Source: Chiloscyllium plagiosum
Lineage: Eukaryota
DNA: 49,647 bases
NCBI RefSeq assembly: GCF_004010195.1
Contig: NC_057719.1
Location: forward strand, 91,396,767-91,446,413
Direction: 5' to 3'
Of this stretch, positions 24,651 through 37,101 are shown piece by piece. The notes under the pieces were generated by a model. The model was not told the DNA's origin. It saw nothing but the letters and a program-made list of their open reading frames with translations, and ran no database searches. A program made the position numbers and the translations under genes. Positions within the stretch are counted from its first letter, which is position 1. Every line of letters begins with the position of its first letter.

Positions 24651-26290
24651 AACAGAAGGATGGACTTCACCTGAATTGAAAGGAGACTAATATAACTGGC
24701 AGGGAGATTTGCTAGAGCTGCCAGGGAGGATTTACACTAGTAAGGTTGGGGGGGGGGACCCAGGGAGATAGTGAGGAAAGAGATCAATCTGAGACTGGTA
24801 CAGTTGAGAAAAGAAGCGAGTAAAAGAATCAGGGCAGGCAGGGACAACGCAGAGAACAAGGTAGGACAGATACACTAAACTGCATTTACTTCAATGCAGG
24901 AGAACTAACAGAGAAGGCAGATGAACTCAGGGCATGATTAGGAACATGGGACTGGGATATCATAGCAATTATAGAAACGTGGCTCAAGGATGGACAAGAC
25001 GGCAGCTTAATGTTCCAGGATACAAATGCTAGAGGAAAGATAGAAAGGGGGGGTAAGAGAGGAGGAGGAGTGGTGTTTTTTGATAAGGGATAGCATTACA
25101 GCTATACTTAGGGAGGATACTCTTGGGATTACATCCAGAGAAGTTATTTGGGTGGAACTGAGAAATAAGAAAGGGATGATCACCTTATTGACCCCCTAAT
25201 AGTCAGTGGGAAATTGAGAAACAAATTAATAAGGAGATTTCAGTTATCTGTAAGAACAGGGTGATTATGGTAGGGGATTTTAACTTTCCAAACATAGACT
25301 GGACTACTAAAGTGTTAAGGGTTTAAATGAAGATGGAATTTCTTAAGTGTGTACATGACAATTTTCTGATTCAGTATGTGGATGTATCTACTAGAAAAGG
25401 TGCAAAACTTGACCTACTCTTGGGAGTTAAGGCAGGGCAGGTGACTGAGGTGTCAGTGGGGGAGCACTTTGGGGCCTATTAGATTTAAAATAGTGATGGA
25501 AAAGGATAGACCAGATCTAACAGTTGAAGTTCTAAATTGGAGGAAGGTCAATTTTGATGGTATCAAACAAGAACTTTCAAAAGCTGATTGGGGCAGATGT
25601 TCGCAGGTAAAGGGATGGCTGGAAAATGGGAAGCCTTCAGAAATGTGGTAACAAGAGTCCAGAGAAAGTATATTCCTGTTAGGGTGAAAGGAAAGGTTGG
25701 TAGGTGTAGGGAATGCTGGATGACTAGAGAAACTGAGGTTATGGTTAAGAAAAAGAAGGAAGCATACATCACGTATAGACAGGAGAGATCAAGTGAATCC
25801 TTAGATTAGATTACTTACAGTGTGGAAACAGGCCCTTCGGCCCAACAAGTCCACATTGACCCGCTGAAGCGCAACCCACCCAGACCCATTCCCCTACATT
25901 TACCCCTTCGCCTAACACTATGGGCAATTTAGCATGGCCAATTCACCTAACCTGCACATTTTTGGACTGTGGGAGGAAACCGGAGCACCCGGATGAAACC
26001 CACACAGACACGGGGAGAATGTGCAAACTCCACACAGTCAGTCGCCTGAGGCGGGAATTGAACCCGGGTCTCTGGCGCTGTGAGGCAGCAGTGCTAACCA
26101 CTGTGCCACCGTGCCGCCCCCACGGTAGAAGAGTATAAAGGCAGTAGGAGTATATTTAAGACAAAAATCAGGAGGGCAAAAAGAGGACATGAGTGCTGGC
26201 AAATAGAATTAGAATAATTTAGGAAATTTGGTCAGCATGGAGGAGACTGAAGGGTTTGTATCTGTGTTGCATACCTCTATGACTCTAATA
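24651..26290 (+). mobile_element. Internally deleted CR1: ORF1 end + EN, joined directly to the 3' tail
   Basis: Colinear with about 1000-2415, then jumps at about 26210 to the tail (ggtcagcatgga...ctctatgactcta). Confidence 0.85.
25806..26125 (-). mobile_element. Full-length V-SINE (HE1-like) inserted in CR1
   Basis: tRNA head ggcggcacggtggcacagtggttagcac...ggttcaattcc, V domain, CR1-like tail gggccgaagggcctgtttccacactgta(atcta)n; flanked by taga. Confidence 0.9.
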
Positions 26291-26603
26291 GTACAGAACT
26301 TCAAAAGGAAACAGATGGGTTGGTGAAATGAACAGAGAAGTGGCACATAAAATGTTATGCAGAGAAATGTGAAGTGATACATTTTTGTTGGAAAATACAA
26401 AATAATGGGTACAATTCAAAAGGAGGATGTATGTGTAGAGAGACCTGACTGCACACATGCATAGGTCATAGAATATGGCAGGACAAGTTAAGAAAACAGT
26501 TTGTGAAGCAAATAGTATCTTTACGCTTTAATAGAGTATAAAAATAATGCATTTTTGTTAAAAGTACACACACATATAAGTCACAGTCTTGGTGGGAATA
26601 AGG

Positions 26604-26692
26604 TTAAACATCACAACACCAGGTGATAGTCCAACAGGTTTGTTTGGAAGCACTAGCTTTCAGAGTGCTGTTCCTTCATCAGATGGTTGTGC
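26604..26692 (-). mobile_element. Penelope terminal-repeat fragment with hammerhead motif (26651-26685)
   Basis: cat-CTGATGA-AGGAACAGCACTCT-GAAA-GC-TA-gtg; homologous to 6650-6735. Confidence 0.75.
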
Positions 26693-26721
26693 TGAAATCA
26701 ACCCCCACTATTCCATGTGAA

Positions 26722-27015
26722 TAATGGAATCCTTACATTACAGAAAGAAACCATTCAGCCCATCAGATCTGAAGGGCATCCCATCATCCCCCCCAACCCC
26801 CAACATTTTTCTAAAAGGTCATGGCTACCCAACTAGCCTGTGCAACACAGACATTTACCTGATCTACACATCTGGACAGTGGAAGGAAAGCAGACCACCT
26901 GGCAGAAACCCACACAGACACGGGGAGAATGTACAAAAAGTCATCTGAGGCTGGAGCTGAAGTGATGTCCCTGGCACTGTGAGGCAGCGGTACTAACCAC
27001 TGGGCCATCATGCTG
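26722..27015 (-). mobile_element. Old V-SINE
   Basis: atggcccagtggttagtaccgctgcctcacagtgccaggg head; attctccccgtgtctgtgtgggtt. Confidence 0.75.
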
Positions 27016-29664
27016 TCACAGTTGTGAAATATGACCAACTTAATCTCCAAGACAGTGCATGCCTAACTGGGACCACTGTTCAAGATAAAATAAACAGTCA
27101 GAAAATAAAATAAGAACTTATTTATTATAACTAACCTGACCTCTAGCATTTGGCAAATCAGATGATCAATTACCAATATGCAAACTTAATCTTTCCCCTC
27201 TTTCAATTCAAACACCCACTATCCATTCACACATAGGGCAGACAAGGTAAACAATCTAAACAGTGTTATTTTTAGGAATATCATGATGTTAATTAAAGGC
27301 AAAAAGACACAAAGTTCTGTGGATCAAAGTACAAAACAAAATAAAGGCTGGAATGAGGTGACTTTAAATTATTTTTAGCAATGATATCACGTTGTTGCCA
27401 ATTGTAACAATCTTCAAGGCCTTAAGTTTTATTTCAAAGTCTACGAGTGTTGTTTCTTCAACTCAATTTCACTTGCTGCAGACTTGAGGGTGTGAGTTCC
27501 AACTTCTCTCTCTATCTCAGTTTTGTGACAAACTGTACTTAAAACAATCCATAACCTGTTGCAGGGCAGTTACTCCTTTTTCCCAAAAACACCTGGTGAT
27601 AAGTGTCTCAAAAAAAGTATCAAGGTCTAGCTTCCAGCAGAGTTATATGTTCCTTGTGTAACCGAATGTTCCTTACATAACTGTAAATTCCTTGTGTAAC
27701 GTTTCTTGATGTTCCATTTACTGATTATATTTCCAATCAAACATAAGTAGTCCTTAAATTAAAAAAAAACCCTGAGATATAGCCTCAGCTTGAGTATGGA
27801 TTCATTTTGGGTAGCACACTTTAGGAAAGATGTAAGGACACTAGAGAGAGTGGAGAAAAGACTCATGAGACTCATGATTTCAGGCAAACAGAACTTCAGT
27901 TATGTAGATAAGTTGGAGAAACTGGGAATGAATCTTTGCAGAAGAAAAGGTTAAGGGGAGAGTTGATAGAGGCAAAACAAAGCCAAGTATTGAGTATACT
28001 TTGAACATGAAGTGACATCAAAAAGACAAAGTTAAGGGCACTCAACCTGATTGTGCACAGTCTTTGCAGCAAGATAGATGTCTAAAGGGACATTGGTATG
28101 ATCTAGTTGCCTTACAGAACAGCAGCTGCATGGTGACCAGGACTAAGAACTGAATACTTAAAAATATATGAAGGACAGACCAAAAGGGAAAGGAGATGGG
28201 GTTGTGCTAATAGGAAGGGGTGGGATCAGAAGAACAATGCACGGAATCTATTTGGGTAGAACTGAGAAACAGCAAGAGGCAGCAGACATTGGTTAGAATT
28301 ATTTATAACCCACCAAATGGTATGAAGTATTGTATAAATCAGGAGATGAGAGAAGCTAATAACAAGGGAAACCTAGTTATCAAGGATGACTTCAATCTGC
28401 ATATCAACCAACGGGCATTACTGAAACCGTGGAGGCTGAGTTTCTGGAGTGTGTTAGGCATAGTTTTCTAGGGTAGTGTGTTGACAAATTAAGTAGAGAA
28501 CATGCTATTTTGGATCTAGTGTTACATAGTGAAAAGAGGGCTAATTAATACCCTTGTTGTATAAGAACCTTTCAGAATGAGTGGCTGGAATATCATAGAA
28601 TTTAACATTGAGCTTGAAAGTGAGGCAATTTATTTTGAACATTTTGAAGGTATGAGACACAAATTGCCTGAAGTGGGTTGGTAAAATACATTAAAAGGTA
28701 TCATTGTACTTAGGCAATGAATACTCTTTAAATGACCAACAGCATGAATCACAGCATCTACACATCCTGTCAAGATGCAAAAATTCAAAAGTGAATCAAT
28801 TGTAGCTTACAAAGGAAGTTCAGTTTTGCCAAAGATTAAAAGAAAAAGTCAACAGGAAATAGCAGTAATTTTAAGGGTTGGGAGGTTTATAGAATGCAAC
28901 AATGGAAGACAGAAAAATCGATAGGGAAAGAGGGAACAGAATATAAACATAACATAGCAAAAATAGGCTATAGTTGGGTAAAAAGGAAACATTTGGCTAC
29001 AATTAATTAAAGGCAGTGAAATAACTGCACAGAGACCGGTATCCCATCGCCAAGTCACCCTTTATTTACTTAACGCACTGTACACTGGCTGTGGCCAACC
29101 AGCTCACAGTCACTCACCTAAACTGAGGAGGTTCTAATCTCCTGGTTACATTTATTTCCCCCACAGTACAGGCCAGCCAGTTTGGAGTCAGTTCTCTGAA
29201 CTGAGAAGATTCTGAATCCCCTGTGTTTTTTTTCCCCCTTTTCTGTCTCCCCCTCCTCCCCAACATACACACACACAGACTACTGCCATACAGCATTAGT
29301 GTTCAAAGTCCTCAGCAACTATGTTTGTGTGTGTGTGCATAGGTGCAAGATACAGTGAAAAACACCAAGTGGAAATAACCTTATTAATACACTGCCACCA
29401 GAAAAGACACTTGTGCGGCCAATGAACCAGTGACAAGCAAAGTCCAGAGCAAGCAATGCTTACATGAAAAAGGTGAAGGGGTGGGTAGGGGCTAAGTCAA
29501 AGTAGAATTGGAGGGGGAAATAAAGCACTCCAATCCCGCAGTGCCCACCTTTCCCGAAAGAGGCCAAAAGTATTGGTAGACACCATGTGCTCCTTCTCCA
29601 GGGACACTCAGGCCCAAACACAACCACAGAAAAGGGGCAGGCAAACATTCTGAGAATCCCTTTT

Positions 29665-29777
29665 CATTCTTAGAATCTCTACAGTGTGGAAACAGGCCAT
29701 TTGGCCCAACTAGTCCACACCAACCCTTCGAAGAGTAACCCACCCAGACCCATTCCCCAACTCTACATTTTACCTCA
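29665..29777 (-). mobile_element. V-SINE 3' part
   Basis: gggccaaatggcctgtttccacactgtagagattctaaga tail, as in 25806-25900. Confidence 0.75.
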
Positions 29778-31045
29778 AACTAACAAACCCGAACAAGCGA
29801 CAAAACGTGCCCAGAAACCGTAGCCATTCCCCTATATCAAAGACATCTTGGAAATGACTGCCAGACTACTCAGACCTCTTGGTATCATGGTAGCTCACAA
29901 ACCCACCAAAACACTAAAACAGCAGCTCATGATCTTGAAGGACCCTCTACAGACAACAAGCAAAACTAATTTACAAAATACCTTGAAAGAACTGTAACAA
30001 ACACTATATAGACAAACAGGCAGAAAACTAGCCACCAGGATAGATCAATATCAACTAGCCACAAAAAGACATGACTCACTCTTACCAGTATCCTTACATA
30101 CAGATGACAAAGGACACCAGTTTGATTGGGACAACACATCCATCCTGGGACAAGCCAAACAGAGACATAGACAATAGACAATAGGTGCAGGAGTAGGCCA
30201 TTCAGCCCTTCGAGCCTGCACCGCCATTCAATAGAATCATGGCTGATCATTCCTAATCAGTATCCTGTTCCTGCCTTATCTCCATAACCCTTGATTCCAC
30301 TATCTTTGAGAGCTCTATCCAACTCCTTCTTAAATGAATCCAGAGAGTGGGCCTCCACTGCCCCCTGTGGCAGAGCATTCCACACAGCCACCACTCTCTG
30401 GGTGAAGAAGTTTCTCCTGAGCTCTGTCCTAAATGGTCTACCCAGTAAGGGTCCTGTACAGCTGCAGAAGCACCTCTTTGCTTCTCTACTCAATTCCTCT
30501 TGTTACGAAGGTCAGCATGCTATTAGCCTTCTTCACTACCTGCTGTACCTGCATGCTTGCCTTCATTGACTGGTGTACAAGAACACCCAGATCTCTCTGT
30601 ACTGCCCCTTTACATAAATTGATTCCATTGAGGTAGTAGTCTGCATTCCTGTTCTTGTTACCAAAGTGGATAACCATACATTTATCCACATTAAACTGCA
30701 TCTGCCATGCATCTGCCCACTCACCTAACTTGTCCAGGTCACCCTGTAATCTCCTAACATCCTCATCACTTTTCACCCTGCCACCCAGCTTTGTATCATC
30801 AGCAAATTTGCTAATGTTATTGCTGATACCATCTTCTATATCATTAACATATATTGTAAAAACATGTGCGAGAATTCCTAGAAGCACAGCACTCCAACAG
30901 GAACTCTATCAGCAAACACAATGACTTAGATCCTGTTTACCAACCCTGGAGAAAAAGAACAGGAAATGACATCACCACAGGGAATGACATCACCAACCCA
31001 AGGAAACCGAAAAACATAAATAAAAAGCAGGCCAGACCACCATAC
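29778..31045 (+). mobile_element. Penelope-like GIY-YIG endonuclease region (29778-30168 and 30862-31045), split by CR1
   Basis: PYIKDI..TARLLRPLGIMVAHKP; YKIP.KNCNKHYI.QTGRKLATRI; HQFDWDNTSILGQAKQRH | REFLEA..RNSISKH. Confidence 0.85.
30169..30861 (-). mobile_element. 5'-truncated, internally deleted CR1
   Basis: IYVNDI...SKFADDTKLGG, RNFFTQRVVAVWNALP; tail ctattgtctattgtct. Confidence 0.9.
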
Positions 31046-31061
31046 TTCCAGCTCAGTGAGC

Positions 31062-31270
31062 AAACCTACATCCAGAGTGTATCTAACCTACATATCCCTG
31101 AGCACTATGGGCAATTTAAGATGGCCAATTCACCCTAACCTGTACATCTTTGGATTGTGGGAGGAAATCCACTCAGACACAGGGAGAATGTGTAAACTCC
31201 ACACAGACAGTCACCCGATGTTGGAATTGAACCTGGGTACCTAGCGCTGTGAGACACCATGCCACCCTAA
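31062..31270 (-). mobile_element. V-SINE fragment
   Basis: ggttcaattcc B-box; ctgtgtggagtttacacattctccctgtg. Confidence 0.75.
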
Positions 31271-34200
31271 GCCATAACAACCCCCTCTCCCAGCTATATT
31301 GGCCAGATAGAACTTTCCTGATTGGTCAATGAGGTCATCTGGTTCCATTCACTACATGCCCTTCCCCAAGTCGAGGGATGAAGGCCTGGGGACTTTGGGT
31401 TGTAGCTTTTCCTGCGATGTTTTCGCCCCAAGTGTGGTTCCTCGGATTTGGACTCTGACACAGCCGGCCTCTTGCATCTGGAGGGTCTCGGGAGAGTTCC
31501 TTCCTCTTCTTCCAAAGATAACAGTATTGAGGCTGCATCCAGCTCAGACGTTGAGGTTTGCTGGACACTAGACAGAGAGGTGAGAACCTACGGTTTCCGT
31601 CAGGCCTTCTGGCTGTTCTGAGGGACCAGGTAGGTTTTGCTCCTGCCCCATTTGTGAGATAATGGCTTTCAGGTGAACCCCGTGCATGTTCAGGACTGTA
31701 TCACCTACTCGAAAGTTGTAAGTGACAGGACCTGACCTCATGCCAACTTCACCTAATACCCATGCAGGGCCATCCTGCACCAAAGATTTTCCCCCAACTT
31801 AAATCGTCTCTTTTGCTTAAAGTCAGAATGTGGTTGGCATTCCTGCTGCTGTTTCACCTCCCCCCCCCGCTGCCCCCCAAAAGGTCTGAGAGTATCAGTT
31901 TTAACCTGGTGGAGAGGCTTCTCCCCATCAGCAACACTGCTGGAGCTATCCCGGTTGTTGCATGTGGGCGGTCCTATTATCAAACATGAACCGGGACAGT
32001 TTGACATCCATTGACGCTGTCGGTTGCTTCTTTAAACCTGCCTTCAAAGTTTGGTCCACTGTTTTGCTTGAACATTGAGCAATGGATACTATGAAGCTGT
32101 TCTTATGTGCCGAATGCCATTTGACCTTAGGAAATATTCACTGCTGGTAAATGATGTACCATTGTCTGTGACCAATACTTCCAGGAGTCCATGTATCACA
32201 AACAATGCTGACAGCTTCTCAATCATCATCCCTGAGTTGCCGAACAAGTTTTATGCATGTCCAACCGCTTTAAATGGACGTCCACAATGACCAAGAGCAT
32301 TCAGCGCATGAAAGGACTGACGCAGCCAACCGAGTCTACGGTTTTCCAGGCCAGTCAGCTCTGCTGAATGTGATCATTTCTGTCCTTGCTAGCACTCTGG
32401 GCACCGCCTCACCCACATAGCTATGTCTGCATCCAACCCCAGCCATCAGACATAGCTTCTTGCTAGTTTCATCATCTTGGATATCCCTGCATAGCCCTGG
32501 TGGAGTTCAGCCAATATCTGGTGTCAACTTTTACTCGGGACAAACACTCTTGCTCTACTTAGTAGTATGCCGTCCTCTATGAGGATCTGCTCTCGGCTGG
32601 TGCAGGAAGGTTTCAGTCACGGTTGTGATGGCTCCTTTGCTTCCCCCATTACCACCAGCTATTATAGTTTTGCTAGGATGGGATCTTTTTGTGTCCACAC
32701 TCTGATATTGTCAGCGGTGACTGGAAGGATGTCCAGGAAGTTCAAAACCAAAATGGACTCTTCCAGGAAAGGGACCAGGGAAGTATCTGTCAGTGGGAGG
32801 TGGTTCAAGGCATCTGCATTAGCCATTTGGCTTCCTGAACAGTGTTCTAATTTGTACTTGTACAGGCTGAGAATAATGGTCCAGTGCTGAATTCTGCTGG
32901 AAGCTATGTATGGCACCGACTTGTCTTCCTTCAGTACCCCTAGCAGGGCTTGTGATCTGTTTCTATGACAAATTCTCATGTTAAAGGTCTGTAGAGGAAC
33001 TTGCTTACACCAAAAATGACCGTCAAACCTTCCTTCTTTACTGGACATATTGGAATTCGGCATGAGCCAAAGTTCCTCTCGGTTGAGTCATCAGTGAGCC
33101 AACACTACCCTGGTACTGTATGGGGAGGCATCGCACTACCTCTTACTTTGGATTGTAGTGGGCCAATACATTAGTTGGTGATAGCTACTTTTTCACTTCC
33201 TGAAAGGCTACCTCTTGATGACCTGACCACTTCCAAGGCTGACCATTTTCGATCGCACGTGTAAGGGTGCCAAGATGGAGGCCAAGTTATGTATGAATTT
33301 TTCATAATAATTCACTAACCCAAGGAAAGAACTAAGCCCTGGTACAGATGTGGAAGCCGGGGCTCCCATGATTGCCCTCACTTTCTCTTCTAACCAGTTT
33401 TGTTGATTTTGTAACCCAAGTAGGTCATGTGGGATGCCTGGAACATCCATCTTTCCTTTCTAAGGCATATGCCCAACTCGGAGAGATGTTTAAGCACCAT
33501 GTCCGAATTCTGCTGGTTTTCCCTATCATCCAGATAAATAGCAACCTGGAGTAGCCCTTGTAAAATGTTCTCCATGGTCTGCTGGAAAAGGGCACAGGCT
33601 GGTGACACCTCAAATGGCAGTCTTGTAAATTGATGTGAACCCATATGGGTATTAATTGTAGTGTACTTCTGGGACTCTTCATCCAGTTGCAATTGCAAGT
33701 AGGCATGGCTCATAAGGGATAGCCCTCCCCTGCCAATTTTGTATACAAATCCTCTATGCGAGGGATCGGGTATTTATCCAGCGGGGAGAAGCAGTTAATG
33801 ATTTGCTTAAAATCCCAACAAAGGCAAACTGAGCTGTCAGGCTTCACAAACCAGTGCTGCTCATTCTGCAACTGCACTGGTTTGATGATTCCTTCATTCT
33901 CTGCCTGCTGATTTCCACCTCTTCTTTTGCCCTCAAGGCAAATGGCACCGGGGCGGGCTTTGAAAAATCTCGGAATTCCTGGTCAACATGATAGTCCCAA
34001 GATTTTCCTGAAATGCTCCCAGGTGTTTCACTAGGACTTCACTGAGGCAGCCATTTTCTAATCGAAAAATGTTGAACCAATCCAGGTGAATCTTTGTCAA
34101 CCAATTCCAGCCCTATATGTCTTTTACTGCCATCAGTGGTAACTGCACTAACTGCTTCTCATAGGAGACCAGAAGCGAAGTCATACCCTTAATCTGCAAC

Positions 34201-34382
34201 GTTTTCCCAGAGTATGTTCTCAATCTGGCTGAGGTCTCTTGCAAAGTTAAAGGTTGGCGTCTCGAGCAAATCTTGTTGAAGACTGATTCTGCAACCACAG
34301 CTGCGATGGCATTAACCTCCATAGCAATTGGGTGACCATTTAACCAAACATTAATTTTAATCAGTTTCAATTTGAATGTCAC

Positions 34383-35101
34383 TGTTACGACATGGGGTAA
34401 ACCCTCCTGCTTAATTTAAACCAGCAACACAGAAATGATTTATCCCATGCAATAATCTGTGAAAATTCAAGAGGCCAAGAACCATCCCAAGAACTATTTA
34501 AAGTAAAAATTAACAACTTTATTTCTTAAAGTATAACAGAGAATAATTAACTAACAACTATTTACAATTCCTTTCTCGAACCCATCTTTTATCTTCCCCT
34601 TTGACAATACTATCCAATAAAACCCCCCAATTAAGATTTACTGAAAATTCAAATTTCAAAACCAGCCAACTGTCAAATCAGCTCTTTGTATCTTCCTTTG
34701 TCTTCTTTTCTTCTTCTTAGAGATTGTGTTTCACAGGTCGCTGATAGATAAAGGTACCTTTCAGAGAGCTATTCTGTGGGCAGTCTGCATGTGCTGATGG
34801 CTTGGCCCTTCTCTCCCAACTATTCAATTTTTCCCAGTCTTATACCCCCAAAGCATCGGATTGAGTCATTGGCTTCAAATATTGTCAATATACTCAATTC
34901 AAACTTGACTGGAGGTTGGTATTTTGGGGTATAATTTAAACTGATTGGCTGAATTTGAATTTGTTTTTGTCTCCAGGCAACCCAACCAGTGCTAGCTGTT
35001 CTGAACCAAACGTTACATGGTAAATCCTCCAGCACTCTGTGCACTTCTCGAAGGCCTTCAATTCTCTTAAAAGTACAGTACACTTCCAAACCTTCATAAC
35101 A
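34383..35101 (-). mobile_element. Solo LTR of a different family, nested between gag and protease
   Basis: TGTTA...TAACA termini; perfect 5-bp TSD gtcac (34378-34382 / 35102-35106); AATAAA on minus near 34520. Confidence 0.85.
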
Positions 35102-35664
35102 GTCACTAGGCAATTTAATTATTCCAACCCAGATGGAGGGGAACTTGCCAGGATGTGCATTCTCCTGAATACCAGCCTCTGAGTTTTCTTACTTAAGTCA
35201 GGCCTTGTAGGACTCCGTTGCTGTCTCGAGTCCACACACCGGCAGCAAACACAATGGCTTGCTGGCCTATATCCTGAAGTACTTTTTGGCTACTTGGCCT
35301 AGGTTTGGCTTTGCTGTGGACTGGTTTTGGGGTCCCTCTCCTCAGGATGTATCCTGCATGAGACTCCACAATTAGCTGCACTCAAGTGGTGTTCCCCAAG
35401 CTTAGTTGGACAGGTGAGCAGGTCCACTCCCTTTGGGATGTCCAGAGTCTCCCAGGCTCCACTTGCTGCATTTTCTAATGACAAAGCTAGTTGGCGTACC
35501 TGTTTGAAGTCTAGTTCAGCTTCAGCTGGTAGGCACTTCTGCATGGTTACATCATTAATCTCACATACCAAACGGTGTCTCAGCATGTCATATGGTGTTA
35601 ACCCGAAATCACATGCCTCTGCCAGTCCTCTCAACCTCTGCAAAAAAATCCCAATACAGAATCT

Positions 35665-35748
35665 CTAGATTGGTTTGGGATATCTGGTTGGCATGGACGA
35701 GTTGGACTGAAGGGTCTATTTCCGCGCTGTACATCTCTGTGACTCTAT
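35665..35748 (+). mobile_element. Very short CR1 tail inside gag
   Basis: Matches the tail at about 4090-4170. Confidence 0.8.
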
Positions 35749-36249
35749 AACAGCCAAACAAAACCGACTACACCGCAGAATTAAAGGAGGTTAGGGGTCA
35801 TAATATTCTTTAACCAACTCCGTCAACTCTTGGAAAGTTTTAGTGTCTGGTGCCTCTGGGAAAGTTAAATCCTTAGTAGCTGAGAATGCTGCGGGTCCAC
35901 AAGCAGTCAGTCAGAAGGATTACTCGTTACTTTTTCATCTGCCTGAACGTTATTTGCTCTGAAAAACATATTGCATTCTTTTTCACAGCAGGCTCAAATG
36001 GGTCAAGCTTCCCAAATAAAGACATGATGCCAGAAATGCATACCCCAACTCCAAGATGACTGTTGCAAGCAAATGTTCTTTAGGCCCTCATCCTGTTGTT
36101 ATCTCCCATCACCACGGAAATAGCTGCATAGAGGCTGGTACCCTGTTACCAAGTCACCCTTTATTTACTTATAGACAGTGCACTGGCTGTGGCCAGCCAG
36201 CTGGAGTCAGTCGTCAGAACTGAGGAGATTCTAATCTCCTGGTTACATT

Positions 36250-36650
36250 TTGTTTTCGAGTGAACAGAACCCGTAACACTCCTGTTAATTTTTTTTCTTT
36301 CTTTTTTGTTCACACTACTGCCTAATTGCGGTAGTGCTTATTTTTTTCCCCAGCACCCATGGTGTGTGTGTGCAGGTGTGAGACACAGTGAGAGACAAGG
36401 TGTACAAATCTTTATTCAAATTTCCACCACCAGGAAGAAAGGAAACACCCGAGTGGCCAGTGACAAGCAGTGCCCTTCACATCAAAGGGCAGCGCTGTGT
36501 GATCAAAACAGTGAAGGGGAGGGTAGGGACTAAATCAAAATAGAGTTGGAGGGGGAAATAATGCACTCCACTCCCTGCGGTGCCCACCACTCCCTGAACA
36601 ACTCCAGGGTGTTGGTGGATACCAGGTGCTCCTTCTCCAGAGATCCCAGG
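36250..36650 (-). mobile_element. Tx1-clade 3' fragment A
   Basis: SLEKEHLVSTNTLELFREWWAPQGVECIISPSNSILI* (stop at 36530), 3' UTR, A-rich tail. Confidence 0.8.
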
Positions 36651-36669
36651 CTAATTTCCTGGCTACATT

Positions 36670-37101
36670 TTTTTTTAGAGTAGGAGGGGAAACACTCCTG
36701 TTTATTTATTATTTTTCTTGTTTTCATTTTTTCTTTCTTTTTTTTAAATAATTTAACCCCCACACTACCACCTAAGTGCGGTAGTGCTTATTTTTTCCCC
36801 AGCACCCATGGTGTGTGTGTGCAGGTGTGAGACACAGTGAGAGACACAAAGTGCACAAATTTTTATTCAAATTCCACACCAGGAAGATAGGAAAACACCC
36901 GGGTGGCCAGTGACAAACACTGCCCTTCACATCAAAGGGCAGTGCTGTGTGATCAAAACAGTGAAAGGGAAGGGAGGGACTAAATCAAAATAGAGTTGGA
37001 GGGAGAAATGATGCACTCCACTCCCTGCGGCGCCCACCTCTCCCTGAACAACTCCAGGGTGTTGGTGGACACCGCGTGCTCCTTCTCCAGAGACACCCGG
37101 G
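36670..37101 (-). mobile_element. Tx1-clade 3' fragment B, in tandem with A
   Basis: RVSLEKEHAVSTNTLELFRERWAPQGVECIISPSNSILI*; different A-rich tail from copy A. Confidence 0.8.

Larger units (their letters stand above)
29153..31288 (-). mobile_element. Tx1-clade non-LTR 3' fragment (29153-29643, possible last piece 31271-31288) inserted in the 3' LTR
   Basis: CLPLFCG...VSLEKEHMVSTNTFGLFRERWA and LECFISPSNSTLT*; 3' UTR related to but diverged from 36250-37101. Confidence 0.75.
29017..31356 (-). repeat. 3' LTR of the Gypsy element (pieces 29017-29152 and about 31289-31356), split by Tx1 and nested inserts
   Basis: Direct repeat of 36115-36249 and 37102-37186 (ccaagtcaccctttatttactta; ctaatctcctggttacatt; ctgattgg..caatgaggtca..ctggttcca.tcactaca). 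Confidence 0.85.

Noticed and set aside
27016..27770. AT-rich stretch with a possible minus-strand polyA signal, LTR-like
   Set aside because: I could not define termini or a TSD; left unannotated.
31271..31292. GGGAGAGGGGGT-TGTTATG on minus looked like a PPT plus LTR start
   Set aside because: Comparison with the 5' LTR places the LTR start at 31356 (TGTAGTGA) with its PPT at 31357-31367; this stretch is better explained as Tx1 sequence plus a degenerate TSD.
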